From the NCBI GenBank assembly GCA_037440125.1, contig JBBIUU010000008.1, positions 1 through 59,564 of the forward strand: a DNA stretch of 59,564 nt. Reading direction: 5' to 3'. Shown here in pieces: positions 1 to 12,100 of this stretch. Made by a program: the position numbers and the translations under genes. Source of the DNA: Acidobacteriota bacterium (GTDB taxonomy: Bacteria; Acidobacteriota; UBA4820; DSQY01). Under the pieces are notes generated by a model, which saw only the letters and a program-made list of their open reading frames with translations, was not told where the DNA came from and did not search any database. Each line of letters starts with the position of its first letter. Within the stretch, counting starts at the first letter, position 1.

Positions 1-3000
1 CCCGGAACTCCTGCTCCAGGACCTCGATCTTGCGCTTGGTGCGCTCCTCGATCTCGCCGATGCGCCGCTTCTCGTCCTTGAACTTGGCCTGGATCTGGAT
101 CTTCGGCAGGGCCTCGGCGCGGATGGAGGACAGCGCCTGCGCCGTGAGCTCCTCGCCCTTGTCGAGCAGCTCCTCGCCCGTGATGTCGTCGTAGAGCTGG
201 GCGGCGGTGACCGTGCCGACGAGGAGGTCCGTGATCTTCTTCCGGTTCTCCTCGCGGAGGATCCGGATCTGGTCACGGAGGTTCTTGTCCATGCGGTCCA
301 CGTACTCCTGCTCGATGGACTTGGTGCGCTCGTCCTTCTCGCCGCCGCGGCGCGTGAAGATCTTTACGTCCACGACCACGCCGGAGATGCCGGGTGGGCA
401 CCGCAGGGAGGCGTCGCGGTACTCGGCCGACTTCTCGCCGAAGATGGCGCGCAGGAGCTTCTCCTCGGGGGTCATCTGGGTCTCGCCCTTGGGCGTGACC
501 TTGCCCACGAGGATGTCGCCTGGCTTGACGTGGGCGCCGATGCGGATGATGCCGCTCTCGTCCAGGTCGCGGAGGTAGGACTCGGAGATGTTCGGGATGT
601 CCCTGGTGATCTCCTCCTTGCCCAGCTTCGTGTCGCGGGCCTCGATCTCCATCTCTTCGATGTGAATCGAGGTGTAGACGTCCTCCTTGACGAGCTTCTC
701 GCTCAGGAGGATGGCGTCCTCGTAGTTGTAGCCGCGCCAGGGCATGAAGGCCACCAGCACGTTGCGCCCGAGGGCGAGCTCGCCGCCGTCGGTGCAGGGC
801 CCGTCCGCGAGGACGTCGCCGCCGTTGACGCGCTGGCCGACCTTCACGATGGGCTTCTGGTTGATGCACGTGTTCTGGTTGGAGCGCTGGAACTTGGTGA
901 GCGGGTAGACGTCGGCGCCGAAGTCGAAGGCCTCCTGGCCCTCCTCGCCGCCGCCCACGCGCACGATGATGCGGTTGGCGTCCACCAGGTCGACGATGCC
1001 GCCGCGCTTGCAGACCATGGTGGACTCGGAGTCCTTGCCCACCACCAGCTCCATGCCCGTGCCCACGACGGGGGCCTCGGGGCGCAGGAGCGGCACGGCC
1101 TGGCGCTGCATGTTGGAGCCCATCAGCGCGCGGTTCGCGTCGTCGTGCTCCAGGAACGGGATGAGCGCCGCCGCGATGGAGACGAGCTGCTTGGGGTTGA
1201 CGTCGATGTACTCGATGGTCTCGCGCTGGGAGAGGATGAACTCGCCCGCCTTGCGGCACTGGACCTTGTCGTTGACCATGTAGCCCCGCTCGTCGAGCTG
1301 GGCGTTGGCCTGGGCGATGATGTACCGGTCCTCCTCCCAGGCGGTCAGGTAGAAGGCCGCGGGAGTGGCGCGGGGCACCTTCTTGCGGGCCTTCTTGCAG
1401 CGCGCGATCTCGGCTTTGAAGTCCTCCTCCACCACCACGTCGCCGAGGGCGAACCGGCTCTCGCCGGGGTACGTGATGCTGTAGTGGTTCAGGACGCGGC
1501 CGTTCTCGACCTTCTTGTACGGCGACTCGATGAAGCCGTACTCGTTGATCCGCGCGTAGGTGGAGAGCGAGCTGATGAGGCCGATGTTCGGGCCCTCGGG
1601 CGTCTCGATGGGGCAGAGGCGGCCGTAGTGGCTCGTGTGGACGTCACGGACCTCAAACCCGGCGCGCTCGCGGCTCAGGCCGCCGGGGCCCAGGGCGCTC
1701 AGGCGGCGCTTGTGCGTGATCTCGGAGAGGGGGTTCGTCTGGTCCATGAACTGCGACAGCTGGCTGGACCCGAAGAACTCGAGGATGGAGGCCACCACGG
1801 GCTTGGCGTTGAGGAGGTCGCGGGGCATGGCCGTCGCGAGGTTGTGGTAGACGCTCATCTTCTCCTTGGACGCGCGCTCCATGCGGGCCAGGCCGATGCG
1901 GATCTGGTTCTCGAGGAGTTCGCCCACGGAGCGGACGCGGCGGTTACCGAGGTGGTCGATGTCGTCCAGGGCCGTCGGGTTCGTGGGCAGCTTGAGGAGG
2001 TGCTCCACGATCTCGCAGTAGTCCTCGAGGGTGAGCGTGCGGCGGCGGTCCAGCTCCTCCGTGAGCTGCTTCTTGCCCAGGGAGCGGAAGTCCTGCGGGT
2101 GCATCTTCGTGAGGAACTTGAGCGCGCCCACGCGGGAGAAGTCGTAGCGCTTGTCGTCGAAGAACATGAGGTTGAAGAAGTTCTTCGCGCCCTCGGGGGT
2201 GACCGGGTCGCCCGGGCGGACCTTGCGGAAGAAGTCCAGGTAGGCGTCCTCCTGGTTCTTGCACACGTCCCGGGTGATGGTCTCGAGGAGGGACACGCCG
2301 ATGTCGGTGGCCTTGGGCAGGATCACCTCGAGGGAGGTGACGCCGGCCTTGGCCATCTCGAAGACCCTGGCGAAGTCGATGGTCTGCGCGGCCTCGGCGA
2401 GGACGTCGCCGGTCTCGGGGTCCACCACGTCCTTGAAGGCGTAGATGTCCGTGGGCTCGCTGTGGTCGATGAGGACGCTCTCGACGCCCATCTTCTTCAG
2501 GCGCGCGATCTGGCTGCGGCGGATCTTCTTGCCGGCCTCCACCACCGCCTCCCGGCCGTCCTTGACGGTCTGGGCGGCGCTGAAGAGGTGGAGGCGGTCC
2601 GACACCGCCATCAGGATCTTGTCGTCCTTGACCTTGAAGGTGTCCACGGGGTAGAAGCGGCTGAGCAGGGCGCTGTTCTCACCCAGGCCCAGGGCGCGGA
2701 GGAACACGGTCGCCGGGAAGCGGCGCTTGCGGTCGATGCGGACGTGCAGGAGGCCCTTGGCGTCCAGCTCGAGCTCGACCCACGAGCCGCGCGCGGGGAT
2801 GATCTTGGACACCCACTCGGTGCGGTTCTCGTTGGTCTGGAAGAACACTCCCGGGGAGCGGTGGAGCTGGCTCACGACCACGCGCTCGGTGCCGTTGATG
2901 ATGAAGGTCCCCTTGTCGGTCATGAGGGGCATGTTGCCGAAGAAGACCTCCTCCTCCTTGATGTCCAGGACCGAGGGCTGGCCGCCCGCGTCCTTCTGGT

Positions 3001-3509
3001 AGACCTCGAGGCGGACCCTGATCTTCAGCGGCACGCCGAAGGTCATCCCGCGCTCCTGGCACTCGTCCACGCCGGCGTGGACGCGGAGGTTCACGACGTC
3101 GTCGCAGTGCGGGCACTTGGGCAGGTCGAGCTTCTGGATCTGTCCGCAGTGCTGGCACTGCACCTCCCGGACGTGGGTGTCCAGGACGATGACGCGGCCC
3201 TTGCAGTGGGAGCAGGTCTGCCGCAGGTGCTCCAGGCCTTTGACGAAGCCGCACCGGCACTGCCAGTCCCCGAGCGAGTAGTCCACGAAGTGGAGCGCGC
3301 ACTCCCCACGGAAGTCCTTGATGGGGAACACGGAGCGGAAGGCCTCCTGGAGGCCCACGTTCTCGCGCTCCTCGGGAAGGAGCTCCATCTGCAGGAACCG
3401 GCGGTAGGACTCGCGCTGCAGGTCCAGCAGGTTGGGGATGGGAATGGTGGTTTCGATGCGCGAGAACTCGAGCCTCTCTCGCGTCCCGACATCTATGGTC
3501 TTGGGCATC
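1..3509 (-). CDS. rpoB: DNA-directed RNA polymerase beta subunit, about the first 1,169 codons; the 3' end runs off the left edge of the window
   Basis: Absent from the ORF track because no stop codon lies in the window. Hand translation from the ATG at 3509 gives [39 protein letters not shown]... It contains the hallmark motifs [19 protein letters not shown] and [39 protein letters not shown]. It lies downstream of rplL, as in the canonical operon. Confidence 0.95.
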
Positions 3510-3675
3510 GGGCCATCTCCTCAAGATCCCTGATCAAGACTCGCGTCCGGTAAGAAGGGCCGCCTTGGGGTCACGGGCTGCCGGCATCGTGGGGGATCTG
3601 CCGCCCGGCCTCCGGATCGCTCTCTCAGCTCGTCAGCCCCGCCCTTCGGCCCCTCGGGGGCCGGCGGCGGGGAGC

Positions 3676-3724
3676 GAGAAGGAAAAGGCACACGGGCAGG
3701 GTACGCCGGATGCGCCCTGCCCTG
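3676..3724 (-). terminator. rplL-rpoB intergenic hairpin followed by a T-rich tract (attenuator/terminator-like)
   Basis: On the minus strand, GGGCAGGG (loop of about 13 nt) CCCTGCCC is followed by GTGTGCCTTTTCCTTCTC. The position matches the known rplL-rpoB attenuator of other bacteria. Confidence 0.5.
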
Positions 3725-3747
3725 AGGTGCCGAAACGACCAGACGAG

Positions 3748-4125
3748 CTACTTGATCTCGACAGTCGCGCCCTTCTCCTCGAACTTCTTCTTGATGGACT
3801 CGGCCTCGTCCTTGCTGACGGCCTCCTTGAGGGTCTTGGGAGCGCCTTCGACCAGGTCCTTGGCTTCCTTGAGGCCGAGGCTGGTGATCTCGCGGACCAC
3901 CTTGATGACCTCGATCTTCTTGTCGCCGGCGGCCTTGAGGATGACGTCGAACTCGGTCTTCTCCTCGGCCGGGGCGGCGGCGGCGGCGGGGCCGGCCGCG
4001 ACCATCACGGGGGCGGCGGCGGCGGCGGAGACGCCCCACTTCTCTTCAAGCATCTTGCTGAGCTGGGCAGCTTCGAGGACGGAAAGGGCGCTCAGCTGGT
4101 CGACGATCGCATTCAGGTCAGCCAT
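3748..4125 (-). CDS. rplL: 50S ribosomal protein L7/L12
   Basis: 125-aa [25 protein letters not shown]...[42 protein letters not shown] with an Ala/Pro hinge. Synteny supports the call. Confidence 0.97.
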   Translation of the reverse strand: MADLNAIVDQLSALSVLEAAQLSKMLEEKWGVSAAAAAPVMVAAGPAAAAAPAEEKTEFDVILKAAGDKKIEVIKVVREITSLGLKEAKDLVEGAPKTLKEAVSKDEAESIKKKFEEKGATVEIK

Positions 4126-4156
4126 TTGGAAACTCCTTCTTCACGACTTTAAGAGG

Positions 4157-4177
4157 TCAGCTTTCAGCTCTCAGCTC
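4157..4177. repeat. Tandem 7-mer array (TCAGCTN x3) in the rplJ-rplL spacer
   Basis: tcagctt tcagctc tcagctc read directly from the sequence. A near-identical array occurs at 5905-5936. Confidence 0.7.
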
Positions 4178-4227
4178 TTCCGGTTTACGACCTGGAGCCT
4201 CAAGCGGTTACCACGACACGTTCAGGT

Positions 4228-4746
4228 TCAACCTTCCGACTGTTTTCCCTTCTCCGACAGGCAGACGGCCACGTTCCTCGCGGGGGTCTGCAGGAGGGTG
4301 GCGAGCTTGGTCGCCGGCGCCTGCAGGAGCGCGATGAGCCCGGCGCGGATCTGGTCGAGGCCGGGGAGCTTGGAGAGCGTCTCCACGCCCGTGGCGTCGA
4401 CCGCCTTGCCGTCCACCACCCCGCCTTTCACCTTGAGGTTGGGGTTCTCCTTCGCGAAGGTGACGAGGGCCTTGGCGAGCGGGATCGGGTCCGAGGGGGA
4501 CCACGCGAGGGCCGTCGGGCCCTCCATCCACTCGTCGGCGCCGGCGAGGCCGGTGCCCTCGGCGGCCTTCTTGAGGAGCGTGTTCTTCACGACCCTGAGG
4601 TGGCCGGAGTTCTCGCGGACCCGGTCGCGCAGCGCGCTGATGTCCTTCACCTTGAGGCCCTTAAAGTCGACGAGGTAGAACGCCCCGTTCTGCTCGATGA
4701 CTTCCTGGATCTCTCTGATGGTTCCCTGTTTCTCGGCGCGGTTCAC
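4228..4746 (-). CDS. rplJ: 50S ribosomal protein L10 (GTG start)
   Basis: 172-aa ORF with an L10-like sequence (FYLVDFKGLKVKDISALRDRVRE..., C-terminal L12-binding helix region). Synteny supports the call. Confidence 0.93.
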   Translation of the reverse strand: MNRAEKQGTIREIQEVIEQNGAFYLVDFKGLKVKDISALRDRVRENSGHLRVVKNTLLKKAAEGTGLAGADEWMEGPTALAWSPSDPIPLAKALVTFAKENPNLKVKGGVVDGKAVDATGVETLSKLPGLDQIRAGLIALLQAPATKLATLLQTPARNVAVCLSEKGKQSEG

Positions 4747-4756
4747 GGCGACCTCC

Positions 4757-5446
4757 CTAGTATCCCGAGACGTCCAGCTTGACGCTGGGGCTCATGGTGG
4801 TGGAGAGGTACGCGCTCTTGAGGTACTTGCCCTTCGCGGCGGAAGGCTTGGCCTTCACCACCGCGTCGATGAGGGCGTGGAGGTTCTCCTCGAGCTTGGC
4901 GTCCTCGAACGATTTCTTGCCCACGGGGCAGTGGATGATGCCGGTCTTGTCGACGCGGAACTCCACCTTGCCCGCCTTCAGGTCGCGTACGGCGGCGGTC
5001 ACGTCGAAGGTGACGGTCCCGAGCTTGGGGTTGGGCATGAGGCCGCGGGGGCCCAGCACCTTACCCAGCTTACCGACCTCCTTCATCATGTCCGGCGTCG
5101 CCACCATGGCGTCGAAGTCGAGCCAGCCGCCCTGGATTTTGGCCACCGCGTCGTCGCCCATGGCGAAGTCCGCGCCGGCCGCCTCGGCCTCCTTGATCTT
5201 CTCGCCCTGCGCCACCACGAGGACGCGGACCGACTTGCCCAGCCCGTTGGGGAGGACCGTCGTGCCGCGGACCATCTGGTCGGCGTACTTGGGGTCGACG
5301 CCCAGGTTCATGGAGACCTCGACGGTCTCGTCGAACTTGGCGAAGGCCGCCTTCTTGACGAGGGTGACCGCCTCGGTCAGGCCGTACTCCTTGCCGGCCT
5401 CGACCATGGCCACCGCCGCCTTGAACTTCTTTCCGATCTTGCCCAT
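4757..5446 (-). CDS. rplA: 50S ribosomal protein L1
   Basis: Internal ATG at 5446 of track ORF 4757..5614. The product [32 protein letters not shown]...[22 protein letters not shown] is typical L1. The upstream part of the track ORF is out of context. Confidence 0.93.
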   Translation of the reverse strand: MGKIGKKFKAAVAMVEAGKEYGLTEAVTLVKKAAFAKFDETVEVSMNLGVDPKYADQMVRGTTVLPNGLGKSVRVLVVAQGEKIKEAEAAGADFAMGDDAVAKIQGGWLDFDAMVATPDMMKEVGKLGKVLGPRGLMPNPKLGTVTFDVTAAVRDLKAGKVEFRVDKTGIIHCPVGKKSFEDAKLEENLHALIDAVVKAKPSAAKGKYLKSAYLSTTMSPSVKLDVSGY

Positions 5447-5456
5447 GACCCGCTCC

Positions 5457-5882
5457 TTACTCCACCACGTCCAGGCCCATGCTGCGGGCCGAACCGGCGA
5501 TGATGCGCTCGGCGCTCTCCAAGGATTTGGTGTTGAGGTCGGGGAGCTTCTGCTTCGCGATGTCCGCGACCTGCTTCCTGGTGACCCGGCCCACCTTGGT
5601 CTTGTTGGGCTCACCCGAGCCCTTGGCGATCCCCGCCGCCTTCTTGAGGAGGTCCGAGGCCGGGGGCGTCTTGGTGATGAAGGTGAACGAGCGGTCGGCG
5701 TAGACCGTGATCACCACGGGGATGATGAACCCCTCCTGCCCCTTGGTCTTGGCGTTGAACTCCTTGCAGAACCCCATGATGTTCACGCCGTGCTGGCCCA
5801 GGGCCGGCCCGACGGGCGGCGCGGGGTTGGCGTTCCCGGCCGGGATCTGCAGCTTAACTTCACCGACTACTTTCTTGGCCAT
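5457..5882 (-). CDS. rplK: 50S ribosomal protein L11
   Basis: 141 aa, [46 protein letters not shown]... Confidence 0.97.
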   Translation of the reverse strand: MAKKVVGEVKLQIPAGNANPAPPVGPALGQHGVNIMGFCKEFNAKTKGQEGFIIPVVITVYADRSFTFITKTPPASDLLKKAAGIAKGSGEPNKTKVGRVTRKQVADIAKQKLPDLNTKSLESAERIIAGSARSMGLDVVE

Positions 5883-5904
5883 AGCGGGAAATCTCCCTAA
5901 TCAA

Positions 5905-5936
5905 AGCTGTCAGCTGTCAGCTCTCAGCCGCCAGCC
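5905..5936. repeat. Tandem 7-mer array (TCAGCTN-type) in the nusG-rplK spacer
   Basis: agctg tcagctg tcagctc tcagccg ccagcc. Same unit and same orientation as 4157-4177. Confidence 0.7.
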
Positions 5937-5946
5937 CAAAGCGCTC

Positions 5947-6564
5947 CTAGAGCTTCTCCACCTGGAGGAAGTTCAGCTCCACCGGGGTGGAGCGGCCGAA
6001 GATCGTGACGAGGACCGTCAACGTGGAGCGGTCCGTGTTGACCTGGTCCACCACGCCCTGGAACGAGGAGAAGGGGCCCTCGATGATCTTGACCTTCTCG
6101 CCCGACTCGAAGGTGTACTTGGGCTTGGGCGCCTCGGTGGCCCGCGTCATATGGCCGAGGATGCGGTCCATCTCCTCGGGGCGCAGGGCTTCCGTGCTCA
6201 CGAAGCCGGTCACCTTGGGCGTGTTGAGGACCACCTGCTGCGTCTCGTCGGTCATGAACATCTTGACGAGCACGTACCCGGGGAAGAACTTCTTGGTGGA
6301 CACCCGCTTCTTGCCGTTGCGGACCTCCACCACGTTCTCCGTGGGGATCATGACCTCGCCGAAGAGCTCGCGGAGCCCGAAGGCCTCGATGCGGTTCAGC
6401 AGGCTCTCCTTGACCCTGTTCTCGAAGCCCGAGTAGGTGTGAATGATGAACCACTGCTTCTCGGGACCGGACGGGACCTCGGCCGCGGCGGAGGCCTCCG
6501 CGGGCGCCTCGGCGGCGCCTTCGGCCGGGATCTGATCCGGGGTCGGGTTCGGGTTCTCGTCCAT
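5947..6564 (-). CDS. nusG: Transcription termination/antitermination factor NusG, with an acidic/Pro-rich N-terminal extension of about 35 aa
   Basis: ATG at 6564 inside track ORF 5947..6846. The product is MDENPNPTPDQ...KQWFIIHTYSGFENRVKESL...FPGYVLVKM...KVKIIEGPFSSFQGVV (NGN plus KOW). Confidence 0.93.
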   Translation of the reverse strand: MDENPNPTPDQIPAEGAAEAPAEASAAAEVPSGPEKQWFIIHTYSGFENRVKESLLNRIEAFGLRELFGEVMIPTENVVEVRNGKKRVSTKKFFPGYVLVKMFMTDETQQVVLNTPKVTGFVSTEALRPEEMDRILGHMTRATEAPKPKYTFESGEKVKIIEGPFSSFQGVVDQVNTDRSTLTVLVTIFGRSTPVELNFLQVEKL

Positions 6565-6572
6565 GGTCTCGC

Positions 6573-6782
6573 TCAACGGAATACCGAGAAGATCTTTTGC
6601 AGGCCGCTGAACACCAACTGGTCCACGATCCAGAGGTACACGCCGAAGATGGCCACGACCACGACGACCACGAGGGTCGTGTTGGTGACCTCCTTGCGGC
6701 TCGGGAAGGAGGTCTTCTTGACCTCCAGCCGGACGTCCCTCAGGAACACCGGAAACCGCTTGAACCAATCGAGAAACTTCAC
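6573..6782 (-). CDS. secE: Preprotein translocase subunit SecE (single-TM form)
   Basis: 69 aa, ...FLRDVRLEVKKTSFPSRKEVTNTTLVVVVVVAIFGVYLWIVD... Located immediately upstream of nusG. Confidence 0.9.
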   Translation of the reverse strand: MKFLDWFKRFPVFLRDVRLEVKKTSFPSRKEVTNTTLVVVVVVAIFGVYLWIVDQLVFSGLQKIFSVFR

Positions 6783-6813
6783 GGGTGCCTCTCCTGGGTA
6801 ATCGGCAAGAAGT

Positions 6814-6890
6814 TGGCAGGCGAGGAGGGATTCGAACCCCCAACATCCGGTTTTGGAGACCGGCGCTCTACCAGTTGGAGCTACTCGCCT
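6814..6890 (-). tRNA. tRNA-Trp (anticodon CCA)
   Basis: Hand-folded cloverleaf: AGGCGAG/CTCGCCT acceptor stem, anticodon arm CCGGT-CTCCAAA-ACCGG, T-loop TTCGAAT, encoded CCA end. Confidence 0.9.
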
Positions 6891-6900
6891 GCATTCCGGA

Positions 6901-7050
6901 CTACTTCACCTCTTTGTGGACCTGGTGAGAACGGCAGAAGGGGCAGTACTTCTTCACTTCCATCTTGCCCTGCTGCTTCTTCTTGTTCTTCGTCGTGCTG
7001 TAGTTGCGCCGCTTACAGGCGCTGCACTGCAGTTGGATGATGTCCCGCAT
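6901..7050 (-). CDS. rpmG: 50S ribosomal protein L33 (Zn-ribbon C+ form), 49 aa; too short for the ORF track
   Basis: Hand translation gives [49 protein letters not shown]. Its position between tuf and tRNA-Trp/secE is common. Confidence 0.88.
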   Translation of the reverse strand: MRDIIQLQCSACKRRNYSTTKNKKKQQGKMEVKKYCPFCRSHQVHKEVK

Positions 7051-7053
7051 CGC

Positions 7054-8247
<1,194 letters not shown>

Positions 8248-8310
8248 CTTCGGCTTCCTACCTTCTTCCGTCTATCGTTCCTCCGGCCTTCCGCCGGCGT
8301 TCGAACCGAG

Positions 8311-8386
<76 letters not shown>

Positions 8387-8399
8387 CTCGTCTGAAGTC

Positions 8400-8503
8400 A
8401 GGAGGTTAGGAAGTTAGGAGGTTAGGAAGGGAGGCCCATGAAACCGCATCGCCTTCCGTCGTCCTTCCTTATTCCTTCCTCACTTCCTCACTTCCTCAAC
8501 TCC
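8400..8503. repeat. Inverted pair of tandem 8-mer arrays (AGGAGGTT/AGGAAGTT-type, then its approximate complement) within the tRNA-Gly/tRNA-Thr spacer
   Basis: Left arm at 8400-8434 is aggaggtt aggaagtt aggaggtt aggaaggg agg. Right arm at 8463-8503 is ccttccttattccttcctcacttcctcacttcctcaactcc. Confidence 0.7.
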
Positions 8504-8504
8504 T

Positions 8505-8537
8505 CGCCGGCTCTCCGGTTCCCCGGCTCTCCGGCTC
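8505..8537. repeat. Tandem 8-mer array of the CCGGCTCN family
   Basis: cgccggct ctccggtt ccccggct ctccggct cg. The same family occurs at 20706-20862 and 41286-41320. Confidence 0.7.
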
Positions 8538-8545
8538 GTTCCATT

Positions 8546-8621
8546 TGGAGCGGGCGACGGGATTCGAACCCGCGACCCTCAGCTTGGAAGGCTGATGCTC
8601 TACCAACTGAGCTACACCCGC
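8546..8621 (-). tRNA. tRNA-Gly (anticodon TCC)
   Basis: GCGGGTGTAGCTCAGTTGGTAGAGCATCAGCCTTCCAAGCTGAGGGTCGCGGGTTCGAATCCCGTCGCCCGCTCCA. Confidence 0.9.
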
Positions 8622-8628
8622 AACATCC

Positions 8629-8707
8629 GTTGAGGGTTGAAAGTTGAGGGTTGAGAGAGGAGGCGCTCGGTCTTCTTCTCCAGACCCTAAACTCTAAACT
8701 CTCATCC
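8629..8707. repeat. Tandem 7-mer array (GTTGAGG-type, 8629-8663) and a partly complementary array (CTAAACT-type, 8684-8707) in the tRNA-Tyr/tRNA-Gly spacer
   Basis: gttgagg gttgaaa gttgagg gttgaga gaggagg ... accctaaactctaaactctcatcc. By-eye pairing on the minus-strand RNA, including G-U pairs, is imperfect. Confidence 0.6.
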
Positions 8708-8717
8708 AATTTGTAAG

Positions 8718-8804
<87 letters not shown>

Positions 8805-8876
8805 ACCTGGAGCGTTATGGGCCGCTTCTGCTGGGCCCGGTCTCCTGTCAGCATGGCCGCGTTGCTAGCTGACTAC

Positions 8877-8951
8877 TGGAGCCGATGAGAGGATTTGAAC
8901 CTCCAACCAACTGATTACAAATCAGCTGCTCTACCGTTGAGCTACATCGGC
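8877..8951 (-). tRNA. tRNA-Thr (anticodon TGT)
   Basis: GCCGATGTAGCTCAACGGTAGAGCAGCTGATTTGTAATCAGTTGGTTGGAGGTTCAAATCCTCTCATCGGCTCCA. Confidence 0.9.
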
Positions 8952-9124
8952 GCCCGCCCGGTCTCCCGGGCAAGCCCGAGAAATCTAACACAATTTTGCC
9001 TGGGGTGCAAGCCCCCCTGGCCTGCTCGCGGAAAGGGGTGTCCGGGCGTATTCCAGCTGGGGGGGGAAAGGGAAGAGCCCCGGGTTTCCCCGGGGCTCCC
9101 CTTGTGACTCTCCTTGCGCCGGAA

Positions 9125-12100
9125 CTAGAAGGTCCAGCGGATGGCCAGACGGATGCGGCGAGCAGCCTGGTGCGCCGTCTCCATCTTGAAGTACGGGTAG
9201 TTCTGGGCGTCCGCCGTGTTGGCGGTGTTGTAGGTCTGGTCGACGCGGGTGGTGACCTGGTTGTTGAAGAGGTTGAAGATGTCCGCGCGCAGAGCGAGGT
9301 TGCTCTTCCAGATCTTGAAGGTGTACTGGGCGCCGAGGTCGAACGTCCAGGTGGTGGGCGTACGGCCGGCGGTGCCGCGAGGCGTGCAGAAGCCCTCGTT
9401 CAGGCCGTAGGCGTCATCCGCGCCCAGCTTGGAGATCGGCGTGCCGCTCTGGAGCTGGAAGTTGCCGGACAGCTCGAGGGGGATGTTCTCGAAGAAGTAG
9501 CCGCCGTACAGCTTCAGCACGTGGGTCCTGTCGTTGGGCAGGAGGCCGTAGCCGTTCACGAGCAGGGAGGGGATGTCGTACTTGGAGGTGATGTTCGGGT
9601 CGAGCTGGCCGTTGTCGTTCGAGAACAGACCCTCGTAGTTTCCTTCGAGGCGGGACAGCACGTAGGAGCCCTGGAACATCCAGTGGTTGGAGAAGCGCTT
9701 CTCGGCGGTGATTTCGAGGGCCTTGTACATACGGACCGGGGTGGGGAAGCGCCAGCGCCAGGGGGAGCCGTCGGGATTGACGCGGCCGAACGGATCGGGC
9801 ACCCAGACGTTGGTCCAGTTGTTGGGGTTGGTCACGATGTACGTGGAGGCGCCGTCCACCGAGATGTCCTCGATGACGCGGCCGAGGTTGCGGTAGATGC
9901 CGCGCACGCCGAGGGTGAAGTCGGGGGCCACTTCGTACTGGAAGCCGAGGATGGTCTCCTCGTTGTAGGAGCCCTTGAGGCCGCCGCCGTTGGGCCCGCT
10001 CGTGATCTGCGTCGGGTAGAGGCCGTAGGTGTAGTGGTACCCAGGGTTCGCCGGCTGGAAGGGCTGAGTGAGGCCGGCGTCCATGAAGTACGAGAAGTGG
10101 AAGTACTCGTCCGTCAGAGCGCGGATGGCCATGTCGTTCGGGATGCGCTCGTAGTACTGGCCCCAGAAGCCGTACAGCTTGCTCTTGTTGTTGTGCGCGA
10201 TGTCCCACGTGAAGCCGATGCGGGGCGCCCACATATCGTTGATGTTGACGGTGCGGGCCTGGCCGTTCGCCATCGAGGGATCGGCGAAGGTCGAGGGGAC
10301 GTTGATGTTGTTGTTGCCGCCCTTCATGTGGATCTGGTCGAGGCGGACGCCGAGCTTGAGCATGAAGTAGTCGGTGAGGTTCCAGTTGTCCTGCGCCCAG
10401 TAGGCGTAGTAGTTCTGGCTGGTCTTCTTGGCGTTGTTGTTCATGAAGCCCTGCGCGCGGTACAGGTAGTGCGAGGGCACGCTGCCGGAGGTGGTGTACT
10501 GCCAGCGGATGACGGCGCCGCCGGGGGTCGTGCGGCCGTAGAAGGGATCCACGGGGGCGAGCTCGGTCCAGCCCGGACCGGTGTAGTTGAAGTCGTAGTC
10601 GTACTTGATGTCGTAGTACTGGAAGCCGTAGGACAGCTCGTGACGGCCGAGGGCGTTGAAGAGGTTCGTGCCCTTGATGCGGACCTGGGTGTTCTCGTCG
10701 TCGGTGTAGCTGTAGGTGCGGCCGCCCAGCGAGGGGGTGAACCCGGACGAGGAGAGGTCGATGGCCCGGGTGATGGGGTTGTAGTAGTAGTAGTTGGTGT
10801 CGCCCTGATCGATGAGCCACTGCCGCGGGATGGACGTCACGCCGTCGACCGGGCGGACCTGGTAGCCGGCGTAGGTGCCCGAGCCGTAGCGGTAGTAGTA
10901 ACCCCAGTTGTCCTGGGCCGCCTGGTTGGTGGAGTAGATGTCCTCGGTCGTGCTGCGTTTGGAGACCACGACCTCGGTGAAGAACTTGGGCGTCCAGGTG
11001 GCGTTCCACTGGAGGCTCAGGGCGTAGTTGTCGAGATTGTCCTGGTACGGCGAGGCGACGGGCCCGGGGTTACCGAGGTTGCGGTAGCCCGTGAACTTGT
11101 CGTTGTTGCCGAAGTACGTGAACGCCAGCTTGTGGTTGGGGTTGATGTTCCAGGTGAGCTTGAGGGCCCACTGGGGATCCGTTTCCTTGTTGGTGTAGCC
11201 GGTGCCGCGGGCCCAGGAGTAGGACTGACCGCCGTTGACGAACACGTTGGCGTCGCCGCCGTTGGCCGTGTTGCCGGTCTCGGTCTTGTTGTAGTCGTAG
11301 GCCACGAAGAACCAGAGCTTGTCCTTCACGAAGTAGCCGCCCAGGCTGGCGCCGATGTCGTACTGCTTGAAGGAGGAGCGGTAGTTCACCACGGTCGGGT
11401 TGTTGACCGCGCGCTCGGCAGCGCCGAGGCTGTCGTCGAAGTAGTAGATGAACAGGCCGCCGTGGAACTCGTTGCCGCCGCTCTTGGTGATGGAGTTGAC
11501 GTTGCCGCCCATGAGGGCGCCGTACTCGGCGTCGAGACCGCCGGTCTTGACCTCGGTGGCCTCGATGAAGTCGAAGTTCAGCGACGTGAGGTTGAGGCCA
11601 TCGCCCGAACCGGTCACGTCTACGCCGTTGACGGTGTAGGAGTTCTCGGGGCCCGACGCGCCGCCGATGGAGGGCGTGCCGGCCAGACCCGAGGTCACGG
11701 CGCTGGGCGCCAGGAAGGCGATGGCGTCGGAACCGCGGGGCAGCGGGATCGAGTTGATCATCTTGTCGGACACGTTCGCGCCCACCTCGGTCTTCTTGAC
11801 GTCGATGAGCGGGGCGGCCGCGGTGACCACGATCTCGGTCTTGCCCTGGCTGAGGACGAAGGGCAGGCTGATGGTCATGCCCAGCGGGATGCTGACGCCC
11901 TTGCGGACCACGCTGTTGTAGCCGGGGGCCTCGACCTTCACCTGGTAGTTAGTGCCGACGGGCAGGAAGGGGATGACGTAGTTGCCCGTCGTGTCCGTGG
12001 CGGCGCCCTGGAAACCCGCGAGGGTCACGCCCGTCACCTGGATCATGGCGCCGATGACCGGCTGGCCAGCCTCATCCGTCACCCGTCCCTGCAGGCCGCC

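Noticed and set aside
8400-8707. Possible CRISPR array, given the many short repeats in the tRNA spacers and other intergenic regions.
   Set aside because: The units are only 7-8 nt long and directly abutting, with no unique spacers of about 30 nt. There are no 24-40-nt direct repeats and no cas genes in the window.
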